A stretch of 64,000 nt of DNA from an uncultured Eubacteriales bacterium (GCA_964651495.1 CAZYWP010000002.1:13035-77034), one strand, 5' to 3'. Numbered from the stretch's first letter, positions 35,278-45,419 are shown. Notes: a model not told the origin generated them from the letters alone. Made by a program: numbers and translations.

Positions 35278-35661
35278 TTGAAGAAGAGAATTCCGATTCT
35301 GTTGGCCGCCGGATGGCTTGTTCTGTCCCTGGCCGGCGCCCAGAGCCAGCCGGAGAAGAAGCCGCAGGCCAAGGCTCCACTGCCCATGTACCAGCTGGCC
35401 GAGTCAATGGCTCAGCGCCTGGGCAACGACCTGCAGGTGAAGACTGTCGTAGGCGAGCCGATGAAGGTCGGCAAGGTCACGCTGATCCCGATCATGATGA
35501 TCGACATCGGGTTCGGCGGGGGCGGGGGCGGCGCTCCCCAGGCCCCGGAGATGGGGGGCAAGGGATTTTACATGAGCGGCGAGGCCAGGCCGATCGGGTT
35601 TGTGGTGGTCGGCAAAGCGGGGACGCAGTTTATCAGCGTCGGCAAGATCCCCAAGAAATAA
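35278..35661 (+). CDS. Secreted GerW/YtfJ-like (Spore_YtfJ family-like) protein.
   Basis: TTG start with an AAAAGGAGG ribosome-binding site. Signal peptide, then VGEPMKVGKVTLIPIMMIDIGFGGGGGGA...GFVVVGKAGTQFISV. This is the Gly-rich mid-segment pattern of the YtfJ/GerW family as I recall it; I have not searched. Confidence 0.5.
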   Translation: MKKRIPILLAAGWLVLSLAGAQSQPEKKPQAKAPLPMYQLAESMAQRLGNDLQVKTVVGEPMKVGKVTLIPIMMIDIGFGGGGGGAPQAPEMGGKGFYMSGEARPIGFVVVGKAGTQFISVGKIPKK

Positions 35662-35671
35662 GGAGCGGGCC

Positions 35672-36604
35672 ATGAAAACGAAACGCATGCTAACATTCGC
35701 CATCGGATCGCTCTTTGTTTTGACCGTCATTTCACCCTCCCAGGCGCAGGCGCCCCTCGATCAGCCGCTGGCGAACTTCGACAAACTCGTCTCCAACCTG
35801 AAAATCGGGGCTGTGGTCGGGGAGCCGATCCAAGTCGGCAATACCACCATCATTCCCTTCGCTAGAGTATCCTTTGGACTGGGAGGAGGCGGAGCCATGA
35901 TGGCCTTCGGCGGCGGGATGGGCGGCAAGACCATCCCCCTCGGGATCCTGATCATTGAGGGCGAAAACGTCCGGGCGGAGCTCTTCCCCGAGGAGGAGAA
36001 AAAACCGTCCTTCCTGATGGAAATGCTTCCCATCCTCTTAAAGATGCTGCCCCAGTTCATGGAAGGGAAGTCTCCGCTGGGTTCGAAGCCGGCCCCGGCT
36101 GCGGCCAAACCCGCTAAACAGCCCGCCGCTCCCCCGCTGGATGCCTCGTTGAGCAACGTCAAGAAACTCTTCGAGGAGGAAAGGTTCGCCGAGGCCCTCG
36201 AAATGACGGACGTCCTTCTAGCCAAAGAACCGAATAATGCCGAACTCCATGTCTGGAAGGGCAACGCCATGGGCCGCCTGGCCCAGGGGAATCCCGCGGA
36301 CATGATGAAATACGGCATGGGAGCCATGCAGGAGTACGAGACGGCGCTCAGCCTGGACCCGCAAAACCAGGGGGGGCATTTCGGCCGGGGCATGGTCCGC
36401 TTTTACATGGGAAATGCGGACGGCGCGATCGAGGACTTCGAATTTGCCTGCGCTAAAAATCCCTTTCCGGAAGCCTGTTACTACCTCGGCGAGGCTTATA
36501 AAACAAATGGGTTGACCGACAAGGCCAGGGCGGCCTACAAGAAAGCCCTGGAATTGAAACCGGGTTATCCGGAGGCTGCCAAAGCCCTGGCCGAGCTCAA
36601 ATAG
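35672..36604 (+). CDS. Secreted GerW/YtfJ-like domain protein fused to C-terminal TPR repeats; paralogue of the upstream gene.
   Basis: The ribosome-binding site AAGGAG overlaps the upstream stop. Signal peptide; VVGEPIQVGNTTIIPFARVSFGLGGGGAMMAFGGGMGG parallels the upstream gene. The C-terminal half contains three or more TPR-like helices. Confidence 0.5.
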   Translation: MKTKRMLTFAIGSLFVLTVISPSQAQAPLDQPLANFDKLVSNLKIGAVVGEPIQVGNTTIIPFARVSFGLGGGGAMMAFGGGMGGKTIPLGILIIEGENVRAELFPEEEKKPSFLMEMLPILLKMLPQFMEGKSPLGSKPAPAAAKPAKQPAAPPLDASLSNVKKLFEEERFAEALEMTDVLLAKEPNNAELHVWKGNAMGRLAQGNPADMMKYGMGAMQEYETALSLDPQNQGGHFGRGMVRFYMGNADGAIEDFEFACAKNPFPEACYYLGEAYKTNGLTDKARAAYKKALELKPGYPEAAKALAELK

Positions 36605-36850
36605 ACCGGGGCTCACTTACAATCTCCTCGAGTCGGGCAGGCGGGAGTCGAGAGTCCTGCCCGAATGTGGCTAGAGTCACGTTTTCTTCGCTCGACTGCC
36701 AAAAGAAATAGGGGTATAATTTTTGGCAAAGAGCAAGAAAACCAAGCTTTCTAAAAACCACCGTCGAGTATGAGAATTATCGATTCTTCACCGTGGATGT
36801 GAAATACTGATAACCGGGGAGCAACATATTATCCAGAAAAGGGGGAGAAA

Positions 36851-38920
36851 ATGAAAAATCGCTGGATATTCAAGGCTTTCCATCTTGGCCTCCGGGTTCT
36901 TCTTGCGGCGGTCGTTTTGGGTTGCCCGGCGTCCGGTTTTCCTTCCCAGGAGAGGCCGGGGCAAAAAGCGCCAAGAGTTCCGCGCCATGACGCCGCCGCG
37001 GTGGTCAAGCTCGTGCCTGTCCGGGTCCTGGACAGGGAGGGGAGGCCGGTGACAGGTCTCAGCCAAGACGATTTTGTTCTTTATGATAACAAAGAGCTCA
37101 AGACGATCACCGAATTCGAAGTCCACAGGCTCGCTGAAGCCGGAGCGGCACAGGGAAAGCCAGTGCCGGACCGGGACGAAGCTGTGGTCGCTGAGACCGG
37201 CCGGAAATTCTTCATCCTTCTGGATATCCAGGGCAGCGACGAGGTCGGAAATGCCAACTCCAAAAAAGCCGCCCTCCATTTCGTCGAGACCAAGCTAAGG
37301 CCGGGCGATGAAGCGGCCGTCCTGTATTTCGCGCCGATGACGGGCTTGAACTTGGCGCAGTACTTAACGTCAGACATGGGCAAGATCAAGGCCGCCATCG
37401 AGCGGGCGAAAGAACATCCTCCCACTGCCGGTTTCGTATCTGGAGGCCTGGATGATAGTGTAGAGGAGAGGATGCCGGAGCAGGGTGAAATCCGGCCGCG
37501 CAGACCACGTGTTATAACAGGCGAGGTGACACTCATGGCACGGGGCGAATCCGGGTCAGAAAATCCGGTAACCGGATCATCATCTGTCGGCATTCCCGGA
37601 CTGGGGATGATGGGAAGGTCGCATGCCGATTACCAGATGGGCCTGTCCGAGCTGGCCAAGGCCATGCAATCTATTCCCGGCACCAAGAATGTGCTCCTCT
37701 TCTCGGGCCGGGGGGTCAGCCCGGCTCTCGGCCGGGAATTCGCCGCCTCCAACACACCGATTTTCACGGTCAACTCGAAAAACTGGATCGAGAGGTCCGT
37801 CTTTCGGGTGAGCATTAAAGTTAAGCATATCTGGGAAGACCATCCGCTCAAGGAGTTGGCGCTGGCTTCCGGGGGCCACTATTACGCCGATATTAAGGAC
37901 GTGCAGACCATCGCCGACAGCATCCAGGTCCTGACCGGTCACTATTATGTCCTGGGTTATTACGTCGATGAAAAATGGGACGGGCAGTTTCACGAGATTA
38001 AGGTCGAAGTGAAAAAACCGGACTGCCGTGTTTTTGTCCAGGAAGGCTATTACAACCCCAAGCCTTTCGCCCAGCTTTCCGAGATCGAAAAGAGGCTTCA
38101 TCTCTACGACCTGGCATTTTCCGACCGGCCGACTCTGCAGGACCCCCTGGAACTCCCCGTCGAATGCCTTCCGAGCTCGGTGACGAAAAAGGCCAACACG
38201 CTGGTCCTCACCAGGCTCGCGGTTGATGAGCGGACCGGAATCCCCCCCGGACGCGAGGAGTTGTTCCTGTTCGTGTTTGACAAGCAAAACCAAGCCGTTT
38301 TCTCCCGGAGGTGGGAGATGGACTTCGGGCCGCACTCTCAAAAGACTTTTTATCCCTATTTCGTCTGTTCGCTTCCCCCCGGGGAATATGAGTGCCGTCT
38401 GGCCACCCGGGACCTGGAAACAGGCCAATCGACGCGGGGCAGCTCGTTTTTCCAGATTCCGGGGCCTGAGACTTCGGCCCGGCGGCTCGATTCCCCACTC
38501 CTTCTCGTCCCGGGGAAAGAAGCTCAATTCATAAGACTGTCCGAACCCGGAAAAGAGGCAAAACCCGCCATCTCCATACTCAGTTTCTACCCCATCCTGC
38601 CGAGAGGATGCACACCTCTGGTCAAAAATGTCGAGGCGGGCGTGACCAAGGTCTGGGCCATCGTCCCGGCCAAATTCGAGGCCGGCGGGCCGACGGAAGT
38701 TGAGCTAAAGACTCAATTATCCGCCCTCGAAAGCGGCCAAACAGCCGCCCTGGATTCCGAGATTCTCGATGTCAAAGAGGCGGGTGATAACACGCACTTC
38801 GTCGTGCTGGAGATCAGCCTGCCAGAACTCGACCGCGGAGAGTACGAACTCGAGATCGCCCTTCTCGATATAGCCACGCAGACATCGCAGGCCGTCAAAA
38901 CACGGCTGGTCAAAAAGTAA
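36851..38920 (+). CDS. Secreted von Willebrand factor A (VWA) domain protein, resembling the 'VWFA-related Acidobacterial domain' family.
   Basis: Signal peptide. N-terminal VxVRVLDREGRPVTGLSQDDFVLYDN...FFILLDIQGSD matches that family's beta-sandwich plus VWA opening. A long C-terminal region of unknown function follows. Confidence 0.6.
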   Translation: MKNRWIFKAFHLGLRVLLAAVVLGCPASGFPSQERPGQKAPRVPRHDAAAVVKLVPVRVLDREGRPVTGLSQDDFVLYDNKELKTITEFEVHRLAEAGAAQGKPVPDRDEAVVAETGRKFFILLDIQGSDEVGNANSKKAALHFVETKLRPGDEAAVLYFAPMTGLNLAQYLTSDMGKIKAAIERAKEHPPTAGFVSGGLDDSVEERMPEQGEIRPRRPRVITGEVTLMARGESGSENPVTGSSSVGIPGLGMMGRSHADYQMGLSELAKAMQSIPGTKNVLLFSGRGVSPALGREFAASNTPIFTVNSKNWIERSVFRVSIKVKHIWEDHPLKELALASGGHYYADIKDVQTIADSIQVLTGHYYVLGYYVDEKWDGQFHEIKVEVKKPDCRVFVQEGYYNPKPFAQLSEIEKRLHLYDLAFSDRPTLQDPLELPVECLPSSVTKKANTLVLTRLAVDERTGIPPGREELFLFVFDKQNQAVFSRRWEMDFGPHSQKTFYPYFVCSLPPGEYECRLATRDLETGQSTRGSSFFQIPGPETSARRLDSPLLLVPGKEAQFIRLSEPGKEAKPAISILSFYPILPRGCTPLVKNVEAGVTKVWAIVPAKFEAGGPTEVELKTQLSALESGQTAALDSEILDVKEAGDNTHFVVLEISLPELDRGEYELEIALLDIATQTSQAVKTRLVKK

Positions 38921-39241
38921 GATCCGTTGACCCGCCGCACGGTGTCGGAGTGAATCGTGCTAAACGCGCCGGGTGTTTCTGTTAGCAATGTCGGGCAAGC
39001 ATCTCCATTTATGGGAAAATATGCTATTGCGGAAAATTGGAATGGGTGGCACGGCGCCGGTCCATGTCCGAAGCTTATGGTGGCGGGTGGGGGGGTCTTA
39101 GCAAGGACAGGGACCCGCCGTGACAGGACCCGTTCCCCTCCTATAGAAAGATATGCTTGTTAAATCCAGCGATATCTTGAATATTCCGGCGGACCGAAAG
39201 ATAATGAGTGTCTTGAATAATACGATGACCAGGAGGCGCGC

Positions 39242-40693
39242 ATGACAAGAGGTTTGAACCGGAGAGCGTTTATCCAACTTTCGGCCGCTGCCGGAGCCGC
39301 AATCTGTTTCAGCCGGCCGAAACTCTGGGCCCTCAGAGAAAGAGAAGAGGGTTCCCCGCTTATCAGCCCCGGGTGCCGGCGGACCAAAGTCAAAGTCGCC
39401 CGGCTGTACATGGCCATTCCCGGCAGCCCGTGGCCGAAACCGACCCTCAACCTCCAGGACGAAATCGCCTTCTACCGGGCCGAATTCAGCCGGATGAAGG
39501 ATGAGTTTGCCGATATCGAGTTCCCGGTCGACGAGCTGGTGACTTCACCGGCACAGGTGGCCGACCTCAAAGATCGGCTGACTCGGGTTGACGGTATCCT
39601 GGTGATCCAGCTCAACATCGAGGTCTGGGACATCCTCAAGGAGATCCTCGGCGCCGGCCGGCCCACCATGATCTTCGCTCGCCCCTATTCCGGCCACGAA
39701 TGGGTGAACTACGGGGAGCTCCGTAAGCAGCCACTGGGCGCCAAAATGGACTGCATCCTGACGAGTGATACCGGCGAGCTGGCGGTCGCCGTCAGGCCTT
39801 TCCGGGCCATCCATCATCTCCGCGAAGCCAAGGTCCTGAACCTGACAACTCGCGATTTCTCCGAATATGCCGCAAGGGCCGAGGATAAATTCGGGACGGA
39901 GATCAAGCAGGTCGGCCTCGACCGGATGGTCGCCGTCTACAACAGCGTCGATGACCAAGAGGCCAAGGCCGAATCGGACCGCTGGATCAGGGGCGCCGTG
40001 CAGGTCGTCGAGCCGCCGGCGGACCAGATCTTCAAGTCGGCCAAGCTGGCGCTGGCGTTTGAAAAACTCCTGGCCGAGGAAGACGCCACCGTGATGACGG
40101 TGGACTGCTACGGCTCGATGTGGGATAGGACGATCAAGCTTCCGGCTTACCCTTGCCTGGGTTTTGCCCGCCTCAACAACATGGGTCTGGGCGGTATCTG
40201 TGAGTCCGATTTGCGCAGCACGATGACGCATATCATCTTCCAGGGGCTGGCGGGAAGGCCGGGGTTTGTCAGCGACCCGACGGTGGACGAATCCAAGGGA
40301 AGCATCATCCTCGCCCACTGTCTGGGGACGCCGAAAATGGACGGGCCGGCGAAACCGGCAGCCCCCTACAAAATCCGGACGGTCATGGAGCGCCAGGAGG
40401 GCGTCGTCCCGCAGGTCGAGATGCGCGTCGGGGAGAACGTCACGCAGGCGATCCTCGTAGGAATGGACACGCTCCGCTATTTCACCGGCAAGATCATCGA
40501 GGCGCCGGTGGGTCTCGAGGCCGACCGGGGCTGCCGCACCAAAATCGACGTCGAAGTGGACGGCGATATCCGGAAACTCTGGCAGAACTGGACGGCGGGG
40601 CTGCACCGGCAGACGGTCTACGGCGATATCAGGCGCGAGCTGGGCTTTTTCTGCCGGTTCAAAGAGATCCGGATGGTTGACGAAGCCGCCTGA
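39242..40693 (+). CDS. Tat-signal hypothetical protein of unknown function.
   Basis: A twin-arginine motif (RRAFIQLSAAAGAAI). The body is about 450 aa with no confidently recognised domain; a sugar-isomerase-like fold is possible. Confidence 0.45.
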   Translation: MTRGLNRRAFIQLSAAAGAAICFSRPKLWALREREEGSPLISPGCRRTKVKVARLYMAIPGSPWPKPTLNLQDEIAFYRAEFSRMKDEFADIEFPVDELVTSPAQVADLKDRLTRVDGILVIQLNIEVWDILKEILGAGRPTMIFARPYSGHEWVNYGELRKQPLGAKMDCILTSDTGELAVAVRPFRAIHHLREAKVLNLTTRDFSEYAARAEDKFGTEIKQVGLDRMVAVYNSVDDQEAKAESDRWIRGAVQVVEPPADQIFKSAKLALAFEKLLAEEDATVMTVDCYGSMWDRTIKLPAYPCLGFARLNNMGLGGICESDLRSTMTHIIFQGLAGRPGFVSDPTVDESKGSIILAHCLGTPKMDGPAKPAAPYKIRTVMERQEGVVPQVEMRVGENVTQAILVGMDTLRYFTGKIIEAPVGLEADRGCRTKIDVEVDGDIRKLWQNWTAGLHRQTVYGDIRRELGFFCRFKEIRMVDEAA

Positions 40694-40768
40694 TTCGGTG
40701 ACCGCATCCAGACGCCGACCTGGCCGAAATTGCGCGAGAGCCGGTTGCCAGGCTGAAGAAGGCCGGCG

Positions 40769-41872
40769 CTATTCTAGGCGATATGCCATTTTTTCTAAGA
40801 ACACCAGCCCGCTCTCCTCGGAGCGCACAAAATACATGGATCCCAGGCCGATAAAAAGCGGAATGTCCGGAAGCTCGGCACCGCCTAAGAACTCGCCGCG
40901 CAGGCTGAAAACATCAACGGGAACGGGGCTGTTGGCGGCAGTCACATCCGGGCCTAACTTGAAGACAAAGACGTGCTCCGTAGACAACCGGACGTCACGG
41001 ATCGGGTTTTTGAAGTCAGGGATCTTCCGGATCATCTCCCCGCTGACGCGGCTCGGCCATCCCTTGGACTTGGTCGTCTCCTGGATATCCCGTTCAAAAA
41101 ACTGGCGCTCTTTCTTGCTAAGCTTCGGCGGCTTCAGATCCCTCCGGATTGAGGCCACTTCCCTTCCCGTCCTATCCAGGAGGATGACATGATAGACCCG
41201 ACTGACGGCCAGCGCGCTCAGGGACGCGCTGTGATCGAAAAGGAACGAGGAGGCATAGGCTTCCGGCCCATAATTGAACATCACCGCCCGGCCTCCGGGC
41301 TCGGAAACGGAGACAGAGAACTCGTCTTTGGAAACCGTGTGGAGACTCCGCACGATCGTGTTCCGGCCGTCGAGGATCACCTGCTGTTTATCCTCCGGCC
41401 GCCAGATCCAGCCGTAAAAACTATCAGGGCCGACATATCCCAGCCCGAGGCGTCCGTTTAGGTCCAGACGCTTAAGGAAAACCCCCTCGGTCGTGAAAAA
41501 GGACACATAATAAAGGTCTTCCAGGACGACCAATTCTCCTTGCGAGGAGAAGGCGATTCGGCCGGGCGACTGAAAATCACCAGGGCCCTGGCCTTTCTGG
41601 CCGAAGACAAGCAGCGGCCGGCCCTCGGATGAAAATTTGAGCACACGGTGCTCGATCCGGTCGAGGACGTAGAAATTTCCCCGCGCGTCTTCACAGGCCG
41701 AGACGATCGAGCCAAAGGTGTCCTTGTCCCGGCCGATCTCTCTGGACTGGCCAAGCTTGATCTGGAACGAGGAAGGTGCGGGCTGAAGGCGGGCGAGCAG
41801 GAAGATGAAATTCAGGACCGATAGAAGCGTAAAGATAAGGACTTTTCTAAAACGGAGATTTCTTTCAGACAT
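40769..41872 (-). CDS. Signal-anchored beta-propeller-like hypothetical protein.
   Basis: An N-terminal hydrophobic anchor and a repetitive beta-strand-rich body with NHL/TolB-like repeats (GNFYVLDRIEHRVLKFSSEG...). Confidence 0.45.
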   Translation of the reverse strand: MSERNLRFRKVLIFTLLSVLNFIFLLARLQPAPSSFQIKLGQSREIGRDKDTFGSIVSACEDARGNFYVLDRIEHRVLKFSSEGRPLLVFGQKGQGPGDFQSPGRIAFSSQGELVVLEDLYYVSFFTTEGVFLKRLDLNGRLGLGYVGPDSFYGWIWRPEDKQQVILDGRNTIVRSLHTVSKDEFSVSVSEPGGRAVMFNYGPEAYASSFLFDHSASLSALAVSRVYHVILLDRTGREVASIRRDLKPPKLSKKERQFFERDIQETTKSKGWPSRVSGEMIRKIPDFKNPIRDVRLSTEHVFVFKLGPDVTAANSPVPVDVFSLRGEFLGGAELPDIPLFIGLGSMYFVRSEESGLVFLEKMAYRLE

Positions 41873-42163
41873 AAAGCCTAATCGCTTTCCTTTTCAGGAG
41901 AGAGATTTCCTTTCTCGCCGATCGCTCTCGTTCATAGATCATTCAGGTCATAGCTCAAAATGCAATCAGGCGGCGGCGCAGTCCGGCTCCGCGGCCAGAA
42001 AAGAGGTCGCGCGTCCGGCCTGCCGAAAACGTACCACGCACCGCCGAAAGAAGTCAACTCGGGGAGACCCAAATTTGACCATAAAAATACTCCTTGGAAA
42101 TTAACTCGATCGACGGGTCCGTCGGGCGTTTCTATCGACAAATTTGAGGACTCCTTGGAATTC

Positions 42164-42193
42164 TTGACACTGAATGGCTGCGGGCGATATATT
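42164..42193 (+). promoter_or_regulatory. Sigma70-like promoter TTGACA-N17-ATATAT for the MBL-fold gene.
   Basis: TTGACA at 42164-42169 and ATATAT/TATATT at 42187-42193. Only about 10 nt separate the predicted transcription start from the ATG at 42207. Confidence 0.45.
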
Positions 42194-42206
42194 CTCAATA
42201 CTGTCG

Positions 42207-44123
42207 ATGAAGCATATGCGCCGTGCTTTCTTTCTCCTGACTGGCTGGATGGTGATCGCCGCCGGTCTTCCAACCGGTGGAGCCCCTCAACCCGGACCGC
42301 CTGCTGTTGTCCAGTTGAAGCCCTTCCCGGTCGATTTTTCGCAGCAACACGAGCGTGACTTTCGTCCCTCCGGCGCTCTAAAGCAATTGAGCGGACACCT
42401 TTATGTTTTTGACGACACCTGCAATGTTTATGTCCTCATCTCGGGAGACCGCGCCCTGTTCATCGGGTTCGGCAGCGGCGACATCCTGAAGAAGCTTCCC
42501 GGAATCGGCGTTCGGCAGGTCGAACTGGTCCTCCTCACCCATCATCATCGCGACCAGGTCCAGGGGCTATGCGACATCCATTCTCCGGCCTTCCAGGTCG
42601 CCGTTCCCGAGAAGGAAGCCCATTTTTTTGAGGACGTAGAAACATTCTGGAGGACGGTGAGGATAGACCTCAATTACGACTGCCGGTCGCACTGGAACAC
42701 GATCCGCAAGAGCATCCGCGTTGATAGAAAGCTTAAGGCAGGCGATCAGGTCAAATGGCGGGAATTCACTCTGGAAGTCTTGGCGACTCCAGGCCCGACG
42801 GATTACGCCCTTTCGTTCCTGTCCAGGATCGACGGCCAAACAGTCGTCTTCTGCGGTAACCTTATCTCGGCGCCCGGCCGGGTGCCCAATTGGTATGACC
42901 TGCATTGGGACTACTACGGCTTCACTCAGGGCATCGATGCCTCGGAGACGTCGTTTGCCCGGATCATGGAGAAGAAGCCGGACCAGCTGCTTCCGGCGCA
43001 CGGAATTCCCATCGACAAACCGATTGAGGCCGTGTCCGCCAACAGCCGGACGTATGCCATCCTGCGCGACATGCTCGTCCCCAACGAACTCGTCCGGGTC
43101 CGCCAGGAACTTCGCCAGATCCTCCCCCACCTGGTCTTTCTCGGAGCCAACTGCTACGCCCTGGTCTCGGACAGCGGAAAAGCCTTTCTCTGGGATTATG
43201 GCTATGTGGACCGGGACCGGGTGGAGGAACTGAAGAAACGTTATCGGGTGAGCAGGATCGATGCGGTCTCGTTCAGTCACTATCACGATGATCATGTCAT
43301 GCGCGCCTGGGAATTAGACCGGGAAGGGGCCGCGAACTGGGTCTTTGAAAACATGACGGACATCTTCGAGCATCCGGAGCGCTATCGGCTTCCCTGCCTT
43401 GTTCCCTTTCCGATCCGCGTCGACCGGGTTCTCCATGACGGCGAAAAAATCCGCTGGGAAGAATACGACCTCGAGTTCTTTCACCTGCCCGGCCAGACGG
43501 AATTCCATCAGGGACTCCTGACCGTCGTCGATGGCAAAAGGGTCCTTTTCACCGGCGACAACACGTGGAATAAGAAGTCCCCCGAAAAATCCCGGAACGG
43601 GCCCCTGGTGCCGCACAACGAATACCTGCTCGACAGCGGTTTCATCGCCTGCGCCCGGAAAATGCTCGACTGCCGGCCCGACCTGGTCTGCCCCGCTCAT
43701 ACAGAGGAGTATTCGCCGACCCGGCCGGACCTGGAAGAGTTTCTGGCCTGGGCGCTGCGGCTCCGGGAGGTGATGACGGGTTTAATCGACCAGCCGGACC
43801 CGAATTTGGGCCTGGACTATCGGTGGTGCCATTTTTATCCTTATCGTGCCAGAATCGCCCCCGGCAAGGAAGAGAGGTTGGAGCTCCGCCTGCGCAATCA
43901 TCTGTTCAAGACCGCCGAGGTTCAAATCCGGCTCAAGCTCCCGGACGGCATTGAATGTCCCTTTGCCGAGAGGAGCATATCCATTCGCGGAAAGACACAA
44001 CTGGCCGTCCCCTTTGACCTGACAAAGTCCGTCGGCGGACAGAACGGACGACGGACGGTCACGGCCGACATCACCATCAACGGCCGCCGCCTGGGCGAAT
44101 TCGCTGAAGCGCTGATCGACTGA
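42207..44123 (+). CDS. Secreted tandem metallo-beta-lactamase-fold protein (two MBL domains).
   Basis: Signal peptide from the ATG at 42207. Two HxHxDH motifs are present, HHHRDQVQG and HYHDDHV, each in an MBL-like context. Confidence 0.7.
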   Translation: MKHMRRAFFLLTGWMVIAAGLPTGGAPQPGPPAVVQLKPFPVDFSQQHERDFRPSGALKQLSGHLYVFDDTCNVYVLISGDRALFIGFGSGDILKKLPGIGVRQVELVLLTHHHRDQVQGLCDIHSPAFQVAVPEKEAHFFEDVETFWRTVRIDLNYDCRSHWNTIRKSIRVDRKLKAGDQVKWREFTLEVLATPGPTDYALSFLSRIDGQTVVFCGNLISAPGRVPNWYDLHWDYYGFTQGIDASETSFARIMEKKPDQLLPAHGIPIDKPIEAVSANSRTYAILRDMLVPNELVRVRQELRQILPHLVFLGANCYALVSDSGKAFLWDYGYVDRDRVEELKKRYRVSRIDAVSFSHYHDDHVMRAWELDREGAANWVFENMTDIFEHPERYRLPCLVPFPIRVDRVLHDGEKIRWEEYDLEFFHLPGQTEFHQGLLTVVDGKRVLFTGDNTWNKKSPEKSRNGPLVPHNEYLLDSGFIACARKMLDCRPDLVCPAHTEEYSPTRPDLEEFLAWALRLREVMTGLIDQPDPNLGLDYRWCHFYPYRARIAPGKEERLELRLRNHLFKTAEVQIRLKLPDGIECPFAERSISIRGKTQLAVPFDLTKSVGGQNGRRTVTADITINGRRLGEFAEALID

Positions 44124-44165
44124 GCACGGCGGAGATAGATCTGGCCTGATCAAGGGAAAAACCGG

Positions 44166-45419
44166 TCAGAACAGTTCGACCCCGGCAAAAAAGATGGGTG
44201 ATACCGCACCGTCGCCGAAGCTCATGCCGTAATCGACCGTGTACCTGAGCCCCGTCCCGGCGAAAACGGTCACATCGGGCGAAATCTCGACCGCCCACGC
44301 TCCCCTCAATAACAGGAGGTGCCGGTCCGGAGTCCCTTTGAGATGACGGAACAGCGCGCTGCTGTCGAGGTAAAGATAGCCCGCATCGACATCGATGCGC
44401 ATCTTGCGGCCGGAGCCGCCCACCGTCGATCGGACAGGCACTCCATAGCCATATTGGAAGCCGTAGGCGAGGCACTCTCGCGCCTCCTGCGTCAAGTTGA
44501 CAGCGCCGACATAAAGGATGGAGTAGAACCTCTTGGCCCAGATTTTAACTCCAGCGTTCAGCAGGGAAGCACTTCCCGCCCAGGCCGCTAGCCGAATGCG
44601 TCGGTCCTCTTTTCGGGTGAGGTTGACCAGCCCGACGGGAACGCCCTCGAGGTCCCGGGCCTCATTCACCAGCCCGACCTGCAGCCCGGTCAGGCGCTCG
44701 GCCACGTTGAAAAGACCGACCTGAAGCCCTCGACAGGTCTCCCCGGTGATGTTGACCAGGCCGGCGACCTGGAGAGCCTGGCTCTCTCCGCCGGCCACGT
44801 TGAAAAGGCCGGATATCTGAACACCTTTCAGGTTCTCTCCCGCCACGCTGAACAGCCCGGCGATCTGGATTCCCTCTATGCCTTCACCGGCCACACTGAA
44901 CAGACCTGAGGCCTGAAATCCTTCGGCGATATCGCCGGCCACACTGAAAAGCCCGGCAACCTGAACTCCCTTGAGTTGTTCGCCGGCCACGCCGAACAGG
45001 CCGGCGACTTGGATTCCGCTAAACTTTCCCCCCGATACGCTGCCAAGCCCAGCCATCTGGATGCCCTCTCCTTGCTCGCCCGCAGCGCAGATCAGGCCGG
45101 CCGTCTGCCACCCTTTCATGGACTCACCGGCCGCGGCGACCAGCCCTGCCACCTGAACCCCGTTCAGCGAATCCTCGAGCCCGGAGGCCCCCAGCGAGAG
45201 GTCGAGGCCGCGAACGCTTCCCAGGTGGCTGTAAAAAAGCGACAGGCTGATGTCGGCCGTGTCGTGCTTCGAACTGTTCAGGCTCAAAGGATAGAACAGC
45301 GAAAGGTTGATGACCCTGTGGCGAGGAGCAGGTTCTTCCGCCTCTGCCTCCTGCCCGACTAGCGTTTGCGAGACAAGAAGAAAAACCAGCGCTAGGACCC
45401 AGCTCAATGCTTTTTTCAT
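44166..45419 (-). CDS. Secreted repeat protein built of roughly fifteen 18-residue repeats (AGLxxVAGExxxGxQx).
   Basis: Signal peptide, then about 280 aa of 54-nt-periodic repeats (GIQVAGLFGVAGEQLKGVQVAGLFSVAGDIAEGFQASGLFSVAGEGIEGIQIAGLFSVAGENLKGVQISGLF...), then a non-repetitive C-terminal domain. Confidence 0.55.
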   Translation of the reverse strand: MKKALSWVLALVFLLVSQTLVGQEAEAEEPAPRHRVINLSLFYPLSLNSSKHDTADISLSLFYSHLGSVRGLDLSLGASGLEDSLNGVQVAGLVAAAGESMKGWQTAGLICAAGEQGEGIQMAGLGSVSGGKFSGIQVAGLFGVAGEQLKGVQVAGLFSVAGDIAEGFQASGLFSVAGEGIEGIQIAGLFSVAGENLKGVQISGLFNVAGGESQALQVAGLVNITGETCRGLQVGLFNVAERLTGLQVGLVNEARDLEGVPVGLVNLTRKEDRRIRLAAWAGSASLLNAGVKIWAKRFYSILYVGAVNLTQEARECLAYGFQYGYGVPVRSTVGGSGRKMRIDVDAGYLYLDSSALFRHLKGTPDRHLLLLRGAWAVEISPDVTVFAGTGLRYTVDYGMSFGDGAVSPIFFAGVELF

